DNA from: Tubulanus polymorphus
Lineage: Eukaryota; Animalia; Nemertea
Direction: 5' to 3'
DNA: 64,000 nt
Assembly: GCF_964204645.1 (NCBI RefSeq)
Contig: NC_134031.1
Coordinates: 1,364,001 to 1,428,000 of the forward strand
Under the pieces are notes generated by a model. The model worked only from the letters and a program-made list of their open reading frames with translations, was not told the origin of the DNA and did not search any database. A program made the position numbers and the translations under genes. Positions 1 through 14,500 of the stretch are shown here, piece after piece; within the stretch, counting starts at the first letter, position 1, and the number at the start of each line of letters is the position of its first letter.

Positions 1-102
1 AAATACCTCCTCTTCCCGCACGTTGGACGAGTCGATTATTGGTGATTGTCAAGGAATAGTGTTTGTTGACATTTCAGAGTTTGCCGCAAATAATAAATAA
101 AA

Positions 103-2733
103 ATGGCAGAAATTCCGGTTTTTCCAAAAGCTGAATCAATAATAATTCACACGGGTAACATGGTGAACTGGTCGAGATTGAAACGAAAACCGAATCAACA
201 AGCAACAGAAGAGGTCGGTCAGAAGAAATATTGCAAAAAAGTTATCATTTTGTGATACGTTAGCTTATAATTGATTATTTTGATACCATGTATATATATG
301 CACCCGTACCCCTGAGTGTGATTTATGATAAACTGAATTGGAGCTATTACCTTAGTGTTGGTGCTTGTTAAGTCCATAAAACTAAACAACACTTTTAAGA
401 ACTTTTTTATGGTCGCAGAATATAAAATCCAGGATTTATTTGACTAGATTTTTAAGATTGTCTCGTTAATTTCTATTTATGTTGTATTTTCAGTTACTCA
501 GCGGAATTGATGAACAGTTACAATCGTGTAAACGGACTTTAGATTTGAACGATGTTCAAGTAAGCAAATTTTTATGTAACATTTTGAAATGATTTTCCGC
601 CCTTCTCGAGATTCAATGGATTCTATATTCCAGTATCTGACGAGGTTAGAATGTAAAGGGAATACTGTGAGAGAATGTAAGATAAACCTTGCACCGAACG
701 CTGCTACCGTTGATTGTAATTCTATTCCGTGTCCGAACGAAGACACGATCGCTTTGAAATTCAGCAATGAAGATAGAGATAATCTTAAAATAACCGGTAA
801 GGATTCATCATCATCATCAATATCACGGACTTATCGAGGCCTGTTGAGGCCTATTGGTGTCCGGCTCGTTTGGTAATTTACATAAATTTAGGTGATATTT
901 AAAATATTTCTCAATGCTCATAGTTTGATATGCACCTAGCCCATCTTAAAGATGGGCGTTAAATGTTCTTTAGATCAGTTAGAATGGTCGCCAAGTATTG
1001 TAACATTGCATGACTAGTTAAAAATATTTACAGCATTACAAGATTACAGCAGTCTTGATAATGACCCAGACAGGTCAGTTGCAGCTTGACTGTTGATTAA
1101 TCTACCCATTGGAGGATGCAGTACTGGATGCAGTATTGCCAGTAATTGCCATCAATTATCCTCTGGTTAACTGAACCAACTTTTAAACATCTGGCCACAG
1201 AAACAGTCCTTTTATTCAGTTAGTCTGATCAGTCAATGTGGTGACTGGTATTATTTGTATGTTTAGCCGAACAAGTTCTGACAATATTTAGTCTATATTT
1301 CAGTGAAGGTGTATTTGCACGAGTGTACTCCTGAATCGCTGAGTGAAGCAGTTGAAAAAGGTAAGATTATCGAGGACTGACCATGTTCTGGATATAGATT
1401 GAGAGAGTGTTTAAGTTGATATCCTAGAGTTCAATCCTAAGGTCGAATTCCTGATGAAAACTGAATACTGGGAACTAGTCCCACAGTTATGAGTTTTTAA
1501 CTAATTGAAAATGAACTAACTTTAATTTAGAGTTAACTCAAACTCACAACTGTAGAATTGGGTTCAGCTGGGTCCTGATTGAGAATTTCATTTAATTCTT
1601 TGAGTTTAAATTTCATGTTTTATTTCAGTAATGGAATCGTTGGGTACAACGTATTTAGAAACGCTACTCGTAGCACTGCCGGAAAATATCACTCAGGATT
1701 TCTCGTTGGAAGCGGTAAAACCGGTGTGGAGTCAGTTGGAGAAACTGGTGCAGGATAAACATCTTATTCACATCGGATTCTCCGATCTAAATAAACAACA
1801 ACTTGAACAAGTTTACGATTGGGCAACGGTAAGAATAGCCTCCTTCTCACACGACACCCGCATCATTCACAACTTCCTTGGTTTACACCAGCCTGGATTC
1901 AGTCGGGTCCAATAAAGATACAGTGAAAATAGAACCCTGCTTTACGCTTACCGGTAACCGTTGATGAAGCACTTAGAGTCAGTGTTTTAACGATAATAGA
2001 AAATCCATAAAAAAGAGTAAAAAATGTTTCCTGTAGCTAATATTTCATTCGACGTTAATCATTAATCATCTTCAAGAATACTGAATAGGAATATTTTACT
2101 TTTTGATGACAATTTCTGCATTTGTTTGTATTTTTCTGAATATTTCCAGGAAAAGCCGAGTATCGATCAAGTAAATCTTGCTTCGTGTTGCGTGATGCCA
2201 CAAGATTTAGTAGATTTCGCTAAACTGAATTTGATACAGCTGTTGAGCCACAATGACCCGAAAGGTAAAATCTAAACCCACTTCCTCAGTTTTACACATT
2301 GAGTTTCGACTCCAGAATTGGATTTAGTTATATCCAATGTTTTAACGCTCGAGGCAAATAAAAACCTAAAAACTATGGAATTGGATCGAGTTCCAAAAGT
2401 TGTGAGTTAAGATTCATCTCGGAATTAATTCATTGAAAATGAACTGATTTCAAATTATGAATCAAATATTATCCCAAGAACCGTGGAACTGGATCCAAGT
2501 CAGAAACTGTTACAATTATTTAATGAACTCAACATCATCTAATCTTTTTTCCAGATATTTTGCCGGCTGAATCATTCCGTAAGAAACTTCAGGAGCATTT
2601 CACGCAAGCTGACTCAGATAACTGGCAGCCGTACTGGACTGTCAGATACTCGGGTATCGTGAAAGGACGAGGCGTCATTCACAGTAAAGGCTACATAACG
2701 AAAGCAATACGTGATATAAAAAATCGCAAATAA
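103..2733 (+). CDS. GCLM: Glutamate-cysteine ligase regulatory (modifier) subunit, 7 coding exons (approx 103-213, 494-559, 634-797, 1304-1360, 1629-1828, 2149-2264, 2555-2733)
   Basis: Spliced translation begins MAEIPVFPKAESIIIHTGNMVNWSRLKRK and includes IGFSDLNKQQLEQVYDWA, KPSIDQVNLASCCVMPQDL, QLLSHNDPKDILP and YSGIVKGRGVIHSKGYI, all characteristic GCLM motifs; GT-AG introns keep the frame. Confidence 0.93.
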
Positions 2734-3283
2734 TGAACAATTGTCAATTATAACTTAATTGTTTGTTTTACCAGTATAAATTCAGTGTTTCCCATATGCT
2801 GGGATTTTAAAGGGGCTGCATTCAATGTATAGCGTGTGACATCATGGCTGCTGAAGAAGCAAGGCCCAAAAAATACCTGAAAATTAAGCTTAACTTTTGG
2901 TGTAATCTTCTATTTTTCACATTAGCTCGATATATTTCAAAGGAATTTTCAGTATTGATAGAATATTGACATCCACTCTGGTAGGGGCAGCAGATATTTT
3001 ATGAGGGGTGGCTGATCTTCAGAGGGGTGTATGTAAAAATGAAACGGGTTGCTGTCCCTCTTAAAAACCTGTTGTGGAGAACACTGTATATTTTGCACAG
3101 GCATATATAATGTGCTATTTTTATTCTATATGAAAAGCGAGTTAATTATATTTTAAACGCTGTTTGCGATATACCTGGTGTTGTGCAGCACTCGTATGTA
3201 GATACATGTACATAAAATGTACATTTCACGATAAGAATTGATTATGTTGCAATACATGGTAAATTTATGATGACAAATATCCA

Positions 3284-3393
3284 GGACCCAGTTCCACAGT
3301 TGTGAGTTAGAGTTGACTCTGAGTTAAAGTTAGTTCATTTTCAATGTTTTAACCCAGGGTCAAATCTTAACTCAGAACTGTGGAACTGGACCC
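3284..3393. mobile_element. ~110-bp MITE family A; related copies near 1474-1563, 2279-2385, 2389-2495, 5092-5195, 5469-5560, 5915-6011, 6090-6160, 55430-55510
   Basis: Terminal inverted repeats CCAGTTCCACAGTT ... AACTGTGGAACTGG with a shared internal GAGTTAGAGTT/TTAGTTCATTTTCAAT core recurring through the window. Confidence 0.75.
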
Positions 3394-3744
3394 AGGGTTC
3401 TTACAGATCAGGGAATTACGGATTCAATTTCTGCAGAATTCTGACTCTTTTTGGAAATCAGGGAAAATTCAGGGAATCTGAATATTTGATGTTCTTGTGA
3501 TGCCAGTAATCAGGGAATCAGGGAATTATTTAAGGGTCAAGGAAAAAGAAGAGCATTGTGTATTCCCCGATCTGTAGTTAGAAACCTGATTTATGGAAGA
3601 AATAATGCATTAAATATTCATATATATTATCAAATATTCATTAAGACTAGTCTTAATGAATTTTTGATAGTAGCGGTATGTATTTTGTTTTTGAGAAATA
3701 TAGCTAATGTTTATATTGATTCACAATATATTGGAATTCGTGTG

Positions 3745-3995
3745 AGTGATCCTGAATGTGAATACAAGATGAACAGGGGTGTCGCGGGTTCGAACCCAGT
3801 AATTACTGATACTGATTCAAAGTGGTCGATGCTGAATAGAGGTCCCAGTAATTACTTACTCAGATTCTCAGTGGTCGGCCTTGATGAGAATATACTTGTC
3901 CCGGGTAATCGGACAAGTGCTTAGATCGCACCCTGTTTAGTAATTAGTTCCTCACTAATCCAACTGACCTCATGATGCATGGAGGAATGATACCT
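3745..3995 (+). mobile_element. Probable tRNA-derived SINE fragment
   Basis: Pol III B-box GGTTCGAACCC at ~3787-3797 followed by a GC-richer body with an ACTTGTCC/GGACAAGT hairpin; no complete cloverleaf. Confidence 0.4.
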
Positions 3996-4843
3996 TCAAA
4001 CTAACGGAGAAGCCACTGAAGAAATGTCATTAGATGAAAATTTACTTTATTTCAGAAATGCGTCAATATTTACACATTGATGAATATAATTTCATATATT
4101 GAATTTTAATCAGATGACCGGCCACTGAAGAGTATCAATCAATGTTTTATAATACAGAAATCATCATCATCATCATTTTCATTCACTGACGAATATTTAC
4201 AACAATCTACAGATAAACATCTCATACAAACAAACAAACAAGCACTTGACTAAACAAAAAACAACCTCAATCATGATAACAACACATAGAATACCGGTAA
4301 CCGTACCACCCGCCCGCCCGCCCTTAAATCACAGGAATTATGATTTTTGCTGGAACAATAGAGTTGTTAGAAGTATGTACCCTGGTTGAAGACAAAACCT
4401 GAAAAAAATGTCGAAACTGACAAGGTTAAAATATCAACAAATTAGTTCAGAGCCCTGAAGCTCTGAATTTTCAGTATCAAGTTAAAAACCATTTTCATTC
4501 CTTGGTCTTTATCTATAAATAATTCAGCAAAGGGTTAAAACTTTTCAGTTGTTTTATTGTGGGTTTGACATGCTACGAATATCGACCTCTTCAAAACCTG
4601 AAAAGTTAGCATTCCGCCGAATGAAGACAGTAATAATCGATTAAAAGCTATTATTCACTGTCTATTTGTTTAACACCTATAACACCTATCACTGAGATAT
4701 ATGTTCAATAATAATGATATATGATGATAAATATCTCCAATTTCAGTCAGAAAAATTTGCTTTGATAATAGAAAACGTTTTGGTAAGATTTTAGAACCAG
4801 TTTGTTCACAACCCGTACTGTACAACCCTAGGAAGTTTCGCAA

Positions 4844-5224
4844 TACAGTGGAACCTTGTTATAACGAACTCGGATATAGCTATTCATCGGTTATTACAAA
4901 CATAATTTCATTGTGGATATCACTAACCTTTAGTTATAACGAACAGGAGCAAGTTGCTGAAAAGTGGTTAGAGTAAACCAGTGGATAGTTGTCATAGCGA
5001 CAATTAACAGTTCATTCTTACTATCGTATTCATACGCCGCTTATCTATAACCAACTTTTTCGCATCTGGCCCCAGATTTCCTAGTCTCCTGGCTCCAGTT
5101 CCACAGTTGTGAGTTAGAGTTAACTTTGAGTCGAAATTAGTTCATTTTCAATGAGTTAACTCTGGGTCAAACACACAATTGAGGAACTGGGGTCAGAAGT
5201 TTGTTGTAACGAGGTTCTACTGTA
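4844..5224. mobile_element. Non-autonomous Tc1/mariner-pogo-like element with two MITEs nested inside
   Basis: TA-CAGTGGAACCTTGTTATAAC at the left and GTTGTAACGAGGTTCTACTG-TA at the right form imperfect TIRs with TA duplication; family B (~4947-5073) and family A (~5092-5195) MITEs lie inside. Confidence 0.65.
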
Positions 5225-6724
5225 TTTCATAATTAGCACCGATCTTCTTCATTGATTAATGAATATTGTGGTGCTGAAAAAGTGTGTGCTTTAAAATAGG
5301 GACAAAACCTTGTGTTACAAGTAAACATCAGTGATAAATTACACATAATAATTCTCTCAGCACCCTCAAGTAATAACAATCAGTACAATGGAAGTTATAC
5401 ATAATACAACTAGTTTATGGCAACTGGGTCCAGATCATCAGGAAAGGTTTACAGCAAATATCATCAAGACCCAGTTCCAGAGTTCTGCATTAGAATCAGA
5501 CTGCAGAGTTAAACATTTGAAAATAAAATGATTTCCACTCAATAAACTATGGAACCAGTTCTTAGAATATCATCAGGATAAGAAGAAAATTACAAATAGA
5601 CGTTAATGATTTGGAGTTCATTTTTAGCGGTAGTTGGAGCATTCGAGGTGGGATATGAGATACAGGGAATGAAACTAACTCAATATTATAGAATTGTGAA
5701 TTATTGCAACCTGAGATTTATCAATGCAAATATGGATGAAATAAAAATGAGAAATTGAAAGAAAAACTTCTACGAAGCAGCAACAGCAGCAGTTAGAGCT
5801 GAATTATTTACAACAGGTTTTCACTTCACAATCTGAGCCTAGTTTCAAATCAGGCGTTTGTCTTGTTAACAAAATTTAAATTTCAAAACTTTGTATGTAC
5901 TTTGTACAGAAAGCTGGACCCAGTTCAACAGTTGCGAATTCAGACTTGACCCTACGGTTTTTAACAATCCGAAATCAACTAATTGAAATCTACAGAGAGG
6001 AACTGGGTCCTGAATTAAAAGGTGGGCAGTGGTCTATCAGCCACAGTGTAACTATCATATTGAGACTAACTATATCAGAAACAAACGGAACTCAGTTCCA
6101 CAGTTGCTGCTTAAATCTGACTTTCAAGTTCAAAATCTCAACTGACGACTGTGGAACTGCATTCATAAACTATCTTTAACTAACAACTTGTCGTTTTATC
6201 ACAGAAATAAATTCATAAAAGCAGTAAAATATTCAATGGTTAAAATCGATCAACTTTCGCTACATGAAAATTCATCGAGTCTTCGTGAATTTCTGTTGGT
6301 CGAAGCAACGATGACGTTACGAGTCTATATTAAACCTACACTGACCCGATAACAAAAGCTTTGTAATAGTCAACATGATCGAAAGATTAGATTCGCATAA
6401 CTTTCGTAATAAATAGCTTAATCTGGATGAGTCGAGTTACATTATCTTATCATCGGAAAAAATATACAGGCCGTATTTACTTTGAAGTTCGATTTGATAT
6501 AAAAACAATATCAGAGAAATCTGACCCTAAGATTTTAACTGGTTTCAAATTTCAAGAACACGTATTCAATATAAATCCCTCCATTTCGTGGAATGCTTCA
6601 CAATTTCCAGGAAGATCTCGGTCTAATGTTCTTCCATTTCCTGGAAATATTTCGGCGTTCTCGTAACAATTCCTGAAAATGCGTCTGCTCAAGAAAGTCA
6701 CTAATTTCACTATTATCGACCGGC

Positions 6725-8469
6725 TCAAATCGTTTCATATTCCTCGGTTCCTAGAAATGCTTCTAATTCGTCAATTTCTTGCGGTTCCCTTTTCTTTTTT
6801 TTCTTCTTCTTTTTCTCTTCTCCCCCGACGCCGCTATCCTGGTCTTTGTCTTTATCTTTGGTTCTTCGATGTTTCTTTTTCGTTGTTCGTTCTTCTCCCT
6901 TCAAACATTCGCAGGAAAAATAAAGAAAATCTTGATACAAATTTCAGGATATAAATCAGGGGGTTCTTAAAGATTAGAAGTTCCCCCAAATTTCCCAAAC
7001 CCATGACCTACCATAAAATAAACACAACATACAAGTGTAATGTTTATTTTACGATTGCCGGAGATTGATGACAATATAATAAAATAATGATAATATAACT
7101 TAGGAGAGATAGCTCTCGGACAGCTTCAGAAAATTACTGAGCTCTGACAAGAAAAGAGTCTGAATTTCCGAGATTCCCTGATTTCCCATATTTGCCAGAA
7201 AAACTCTTTCCGTGACACTAATAATCAATACCCACCTCTTCTTTGTCTTTAGTTTTACTCTTCTTTTTCTTCTTAGCTTTTTTCACAGTTTCTCGATCGG
7301 TGTCGGTGTCCTGAACACTTGACGCCACAAAATCACTGTTAGTTGATGGCGTCACACCTTAATACAGAAAAATATCTAATTACAAAACAAGTTCCCCGGC
7401 GACTTTTCCCTGACATGTACTTTTTTTTCTCTGACTTGACCTGCTAAGAATCATAGATGGAAACTGTTTGATGTTTACGCCCAATCTAGCAATCTCAACA
7501 AATTTCCCTGACTTTTCCCTGGTTTTTAGCTGCTTTTCTTTACACAAGATTCCCTGACTATCATGCCCAGACTTTGTTTAAAAAAAGAATATTCCCTGAG
7601 TATCATGCCCAGACTTTCTGAATATTCCCTGAATATCATGCCCAGACTTTCTGAATATTCCCTGAATATCATGCCCAGACTTTGTTTAAGAAAAGAATAC
7701 TCCCTGAATTTTAACTGATTTCCAAGTTAAGCGGCCACCCTGTTAGATATAGTAAGAAGACCATCATCTAAATTTCAGCGCTCTCAAAAATCCTGCTACC
7801 AGGTCACTCATGATTTCTGTCAGTAAAGAGCTGTAGTAGTATCTACTTACTGGGACTCACTGAAGACAATCCTTTCTCTAATACGCTGAGATCTTCAAAC
7901 TGTAACGCGAGTCCGGGATGTTCCATCACATCATTCGTCATTTTACTCGAATCATCATCATCAGACTGAACGCCGGCTACTATCGATCCGTTGACCTTCA
8001 CATTCTCCAATCCGGCGACCTTCGCCTGTTCAAGGTCGTCGCTATCGATATCCTCGTCTGCGAGTATTTTAATCGGCGCGTCTCCGCTTCCGTCGTCGTC
8101 CGAATCCGACAACGAAATACGACGCGATTTTTTACCGTTTATAGAAACCTGCTGCGTCATCGTCGGTTCAGCGGCCGATTTTATCACAGTTTGTGTTTTT
8201 GATTTCGATGACGTTTCCTCATCACCGAGCGACTGATGTTTACTATATTTCGTCTCCGCGGCGACGACGTCCATTGTTGTCGTTAAATCGAGAGACATTT
8301 TTTGTTTTGATTTAGAAGTTTTTGAAATTTCCTTTTTAGTCGATTTGTTTTGACTGGTTGTCACGACGGCGGTTGTAGGTGTGATCTCATCGTCGATATC
8401 CGACACCTCGACCTCCACAGCAGACGACACAGATGATGAATTTCTGCTGCGGCTGATTTTATTTGACTG

Positions 8470-8506
<37 letters not shown>

Positions 8507-11500
8507 GTCTCCTCTTCATCCTCGCTATCTAAATCATCTTGAAACCCGGCAACCATCGGATTGACGCCTTCATCATCACTGAATATAGAACAAACTCCAT
8601 TGTGTCAAAATCTCTCTGAAATCGTATGATTCTAATTCCAGGGTTCTAACAGATCCAAAATTTCCAGATATTTCCCTGACCTATGAGCAAAAATTCCCAG
8701 ATTAAACCATCAGATACTCTGAGCAGTCCTTTCCCTGGTTTTCAAGAATAGTTAGAATTTTCTGATTTTTTCTGTCCAAAACCCAGTAATTCACTACTCA
8801 CCTATCATCACTAACGTCCTGACCCCCGGCGGTGCCGCCGTTTGTTCGTGATTTTGAGATCTCTTCTTTCGCCGTGTCGTCGAGGAAACTCGTGTCTAAT
8901 TGTTCATCGGGTTTAAAGTCGTCAACGCTGGAGACTGTCTGTCGACTGTCACTGTGCGATACAACAGCTGAAATACAAACACAACAGTCATCAAAATCAA
9001 TATCTCTTAATTGAGGATTCCAAAAATACCAGGGCTCAGTTTCATAGACGTAGGAAAAAAACCTGTCAATCTGAAATCTGTCAGTTATAACCACGGTTTC
9101 TCATTGTTATATTGTGGTTGAGGACCTTTGATACCCAGTCTATGAAACTAGGCACTGTAAATCAAATAGCTACAGTCAAACTAGCTTCAGACAATACATT
9201 ACTGAAGTCGCCTCTATTTTAGAGTCTCAAAATTTCTATTCGCAATTCAATTTATTAAGCGTAACTCGTCATTTCGGTATGTTATTGACATATAGGTTGT
9301 CCCAACTAAAACAAGCGAGTTTGATCGTCGATATCAATGTAATATTCGTTGTCCCTCTTAGACAAACCTTGGAGTAATCAATGATTACTCCAACGACAAA
9401 CACATGCTGAGAGCAGACTTTTCATGATGGGAGAAATAAAGCATCCACCAGCCAGGTAATTAAAGCAGAAACAGATTCAACCACAATCTAAAACAAAATT
9501 AACAATTTCGCTTTTGCCACTTTCAAATGGTTGTTAAGTTAATTCTGAGGAGGGATCAGTGTGTGAGACTTCGGATGAAACGCAATCTAGAAACCATGCA
9601 AAAAACTGAAACAGTCGCTGCATGCCTCGAGCTGCTATCAAAATCAATCTAACCAAAAACTAATCTATTCTAGAAACACAGAAAAGATACCATGAAATCC
9701 TCCGATGACATCACACAGGGATCTGAGCGGAGGTTTAGTTACACAGACTGAGTTCAGGTGGAAATACAAGCATTTGAAATCCTGAGACCAGAACACATAT
9801 GATACACAGACACACATAGATAGTATCTATCAACCAATCAATACGCGGTAAAAATTCACCTGCGAATATATTAACTGATTCAGCTGATTCAGCTTCAGGA
9901 GTGCTGAGTACAGAACCATCTGAAACTATTAAATACAAATAGACAATCGCAGTCTCTGCTTCTTTCAGCTACATCAGTGCATCATGCTTTAGATTTACAC
10001 ATAAATTTGAAGTTTATAACTCTTCATTGTTTTGAAGTTGCAACATTTGGTTTGGTGCATACTAGACACTAGTGCTAACCTGGTTCGTCCTGTTTAGGTC
10101 AAACCAGTTTAGGTTTCAAGTGCAGCAGCATTCAATGACAGAGAGTGATTGAATGTTCACGAATTTTGGTAAAAACCAACCATCGGAAATATCTCTTTTG
10201 ATCGACGGTGCTTACCGTTGCTACTACTCGATTCTGGAACTTTGTTTTTGCTGCCGAACAATCGTGACATGAATCCGCCGCCGGTGGTTTTCGGAGGTTC
10301 ACTAGGAGTGGCTGGTAGTGATATCGAGGCAGGAGGGATACTAGGTGCATTCACAGCTGCTGGTGTCGTAGGTTGCGATATGTTTAACCCGGGTATCGGC
10401 TTCGCAGGTGGTGCTACAAAATACGAAATACTCTATTTCTTCAAATATAACTTATGGAAGATATAGATGTGATTCATGTTGCTCTAAACAAAATCAGCTG
10501 AACTGGCTGAATCAGAAGATTCATATCCCTGTTTTCAGGGTTTTTGCAGATCATGAAATGCAAAATTCCCTCTATTTCCCCACATTTTCATCGACCCTCG
10601 ACCAAAATTTTCTTAAACTCAATGATAAGATATCCTCAGTTTGGGGGGGGGGGCTGTCTCTTATCAAAAGGTTCCTTGCGCAAGACACCAAAAATCAAAA
10701 TTCCCTGACTTTTTCCTGATTCTCAAGAAGAGTCACAATTCCTCCCAGAGTGAACTGTATGAACTGTGTAATTATACCTGCTCTGATCGGTGTAGGTTCT
10801 ACAGGAACTGGTTTTGGACTGATATTAATCGCTGATGGTTTGCCGTTCGCGAGGAGGGCAGCAGCAGCAGCCTCTCTAGCGGCCTTCTCCTCGGCCTCTT
10901 TCTTCTGAGCGGTGACTATCGCTGCCTCTGATAACTTCTCTTGTTGCTGTCGTCGTTTGACGGTCAAAGCATCGTTAAAACTGAAACACACACACAGATC
11001 ACAGGTAGAAAGTTCAGTTAACCGAGAATCAATTACAGAAGTGATAAACATATAAATATCATCTTTTATAATGGGTAAAAACGGTTTATACTAAACTCAT
11101 TCAAATAAATAAAACTAAAGATTTTCACATCAGGTCCAAGTTAAACGGGAGTCACAGTTTTATTCATTTGATTTACATGTTAGAAAATGAGATCTATTTT
11201 GCTTTATGGATTTTCTGCAAATCTTATAGATATTCTCACTCATAGCAACTGTCTATAATTTCAATGTATATGAAATCAATGACGTAATTTTACTATTCAT
11301 TTTTCATCATGTAATTTTCAATGGCAATAGATTTGTTTTTAGTGAATTAGTGAACAGTGATCTAACGAAGCTGATTCGATTTTAACAGTGTTTTGTTAGT
11401 AAACAAAAATTCATAGAATTCATCAGATTAAGCACATCCCATTCCGTCAGGGTCCAGTGGCTCGAGAAAGGTTCGTTAATGTTAACCAATGTTTAAAATT

Positions 11501-14500
11501 CATGGTTATTCAAACATTGGTTTATAATATAATTCTTGATCAGTATTTAATAGCATTATTCTAATCATTTTTGAATTGGAGATCAGATTAACTGAGATTT
11601 GCTGTCAGGTCAAGGATGAAGCTATTAACGATTAAATATTCTATTTTTCGAATAATTAGCGCGACGGCAAAAAACTTTTTTACATACAATGATTTGGGGA
11701 ATAATCCAACTCTAGGGTTCGATTGTCTGTATTGAGATAAAAAAATACATTCAATAATAAACAACTGATCTGATCACGATTGGTAGAACACTATATCCGT
11801 GTTGACGCGATGAGGAGAGAATCCCACAATGATAATAAAAAGTCCGAATAATGAAACTTCGAGATAGTAGTTTATTTCAACGTTTCGACTATATCCTAAT
11901 AGTCAACTTGTATTCACCTTTGTTTTAATTTAAGTGCCCCCTAGTTTGTCTTTCTTTTTACTACTGACTTTAAGTTTCATTTATATTTATACTCACTATT
12001 GTTGTTTATAATTACCCCTTAGTTTGCTTCCCTTTAATCTATTTTAGCGTGTAATTGTTTCTACGTTAATTTTCCTTTAGTTTGTATCATCTCTGATTAC
12101 TTGAATTAGTCTCTTTGTCCCTGGATTGTATATATATCTCATAATTTCTGTAGTATCTCATTATTCCTGAAGATGACTATTAGGATATAGTCGAAACGTT
12201 GAAATAAACTACTATCTCGATGTTTCATTTTTCGGACTTTTTATTATCATTGTGGGATTCTCTCCTCAACTGATCTGATACAGACAGATGACAGACAGAC
12301 AGGTAGGCAGACGGACGGTCAGTTTGATTTTACTTACACATCATAGTTTTGCTCCTCTGATTCTTCATGTATGTTTAACTCTTCTAAAGTGCTGTCGATA
12401 TCTGATGAATTCAATTCTAACTGTTTGAGCAAGGTCTCGCGCTGAAAACATTACGCAAACAACGTAACATGAAATATTCCGTTTTAAATCTCTAAATGTC
12501 TCCGAACTCGCTCGGCAATCTTTACCTGCAGTTGTAAGAACGGTAAATTGAAAAATCTGTGAAGATATTTCAGACCGAAACCATTTCGCATTGAAGATTC
12601 GGCATAGCGCACGACCCCTGCATCGGCAGGCCTAAAAAACAATACAAAAACACATTGAGTCCGCGTTGTAAAAATCATATAAAATCCCACATTATGAATA
12701 AATAATAGTCAGAAATGAGTATTCCAGAAGATGAAAATTAGGATATCCAAACATTGAATGAATTACCAGCCTAAGGACTCATTTTTTTATTTTCAGTGTG
12801 GGGTTTTAGCAATAGTATTTGTATTGTTTATGCCTGCGTAAATTACCTATCAATTTCTTCAATAAAATATCTAACTTTGTCCTCTGATATTGTTCGATGG
12901 TGTCCCATGTCCCTGTGATTGGCTAATATTAATATTGGTATATGGTTTGGCACTTTTGGTACTTCGCGTTCTATGTAGTCGTAAGTCCTGTAAAAAAAAG
13001 AAATATATATATATATATGTCAAAATTTGTATTTCCAATAACTCAATATTCAGTGATAATTTCACGACGATAGTTCCGTGTATATACAGTATAGAGCTGA
13101 CTAAACTTGAAATTCATGTGTTATAAATGTATATTTAAACAGCTTGGTTTCAACACTGCAAGCAATGTATCATATACGTAACTAGAATTGAAAAGCACGG
13201 AGGACATAGAAAAACTTACCACGATTTAGTGATATCAAATACCATGACGACGCCATGAGTTCCTTTATAAACATCGACGAATTCAGCGTCTAAACACGGG
13301 TCTTCATATGACTTAAATAATAACACATATCAAATCTTATGAATAATTTATAACAAATATAAAATGAATTCCTACAAAAGTTCTGTCCACCAGCGTCAGA
13401 TGTACAGTTTTATACCCATTTTTGTTCTATATATAGATCAAATAACTTAAGATTATGATTTTAAACTTTTCCCAGATTGCAGCCCAGTCAAATACTTACG
13501 TTCTGTTCTGCATTATCGAGTTTTAATCCGTCAACTTTCTTCTTTTTTCGTCCCTTATCGACGACATCCCACACTTCAACTTTCACCACATCATCAGTGG
13601 CTTTATAATTCCATTGTATACTAGCCACCTATGAATAACACCGATATAACACTTTTACTGGTACCCACCTTAACAAAATAAGTGAAACCATCAACTTTGT
13701 CAAAGAGGCTTCACCAGCGACAGTGCTCAATTAAATTGATGAATCTTGCACTTTTTTCATAATCTTTCAATACAATGATTTATGCACTTCGATGCAAAGA
13801 AATACACTTCTGATTTTTAAAATCATTTTAGGGGTCGATAGCAACTTGGCTTAGAGGACGGGACTATAGTCACAGGGGCGGCCAATAGAGACCACATTTT
13901 GCCACCTATAGTCATGCTGGCCGAATTAAACTGCTGGATATCAACTCATCTTAAACACCGGTAAGAGAAAAGTTGGATTCATAACAGTTCAGCGGTGTTA
14001 ATATTAAATGCAGATTAATGTAACAGCGATGTGAATACCTGTATCTCCTCTGTAGGGATATACTCTTCTTTATATTTTTGTCCTTGTAGTCTTAGAAATA
14101 AACATGTTTTTCCGACATTTCGATCGCCTTTGATTATGATTTTCACTGAAATGCAAAAAAATCAAAATTCAGCGCTTGTAATATTCATAATTAATTATGA
14201 CTCGTAGCAACTGATATTGATCTCAGCATTTCAGAGTTAATGAACATAACCCACATTTGATGATTTAACAATTTATTCTAAAACAGTTTTGAAGTTTTGA
14301 CTAAACCTAGCAAAATCAGCGAAATAAAAATAAATTATCTTTATTTGTGATAGACTCAGATCAGGGATGAATTGATAATTTTCCGCAAATTCAGATAATG
14401 TCAGATTCAAGACGGACAACCTATGAATGAATGAATATAGAATAAAGTATCTATTAGACAGCTGGTGCCGTTCGTTCGTTACAGCTGTTACTGCTCAGAT

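Noticed and set aside
3925-3990. HDV-like ribozyme (TAG-TTCCTCA-CTA resembles P3/L3)
   Set aside because: No GG for P1.1 after the putative P1 strand and no convincing P1/P2 pairing.
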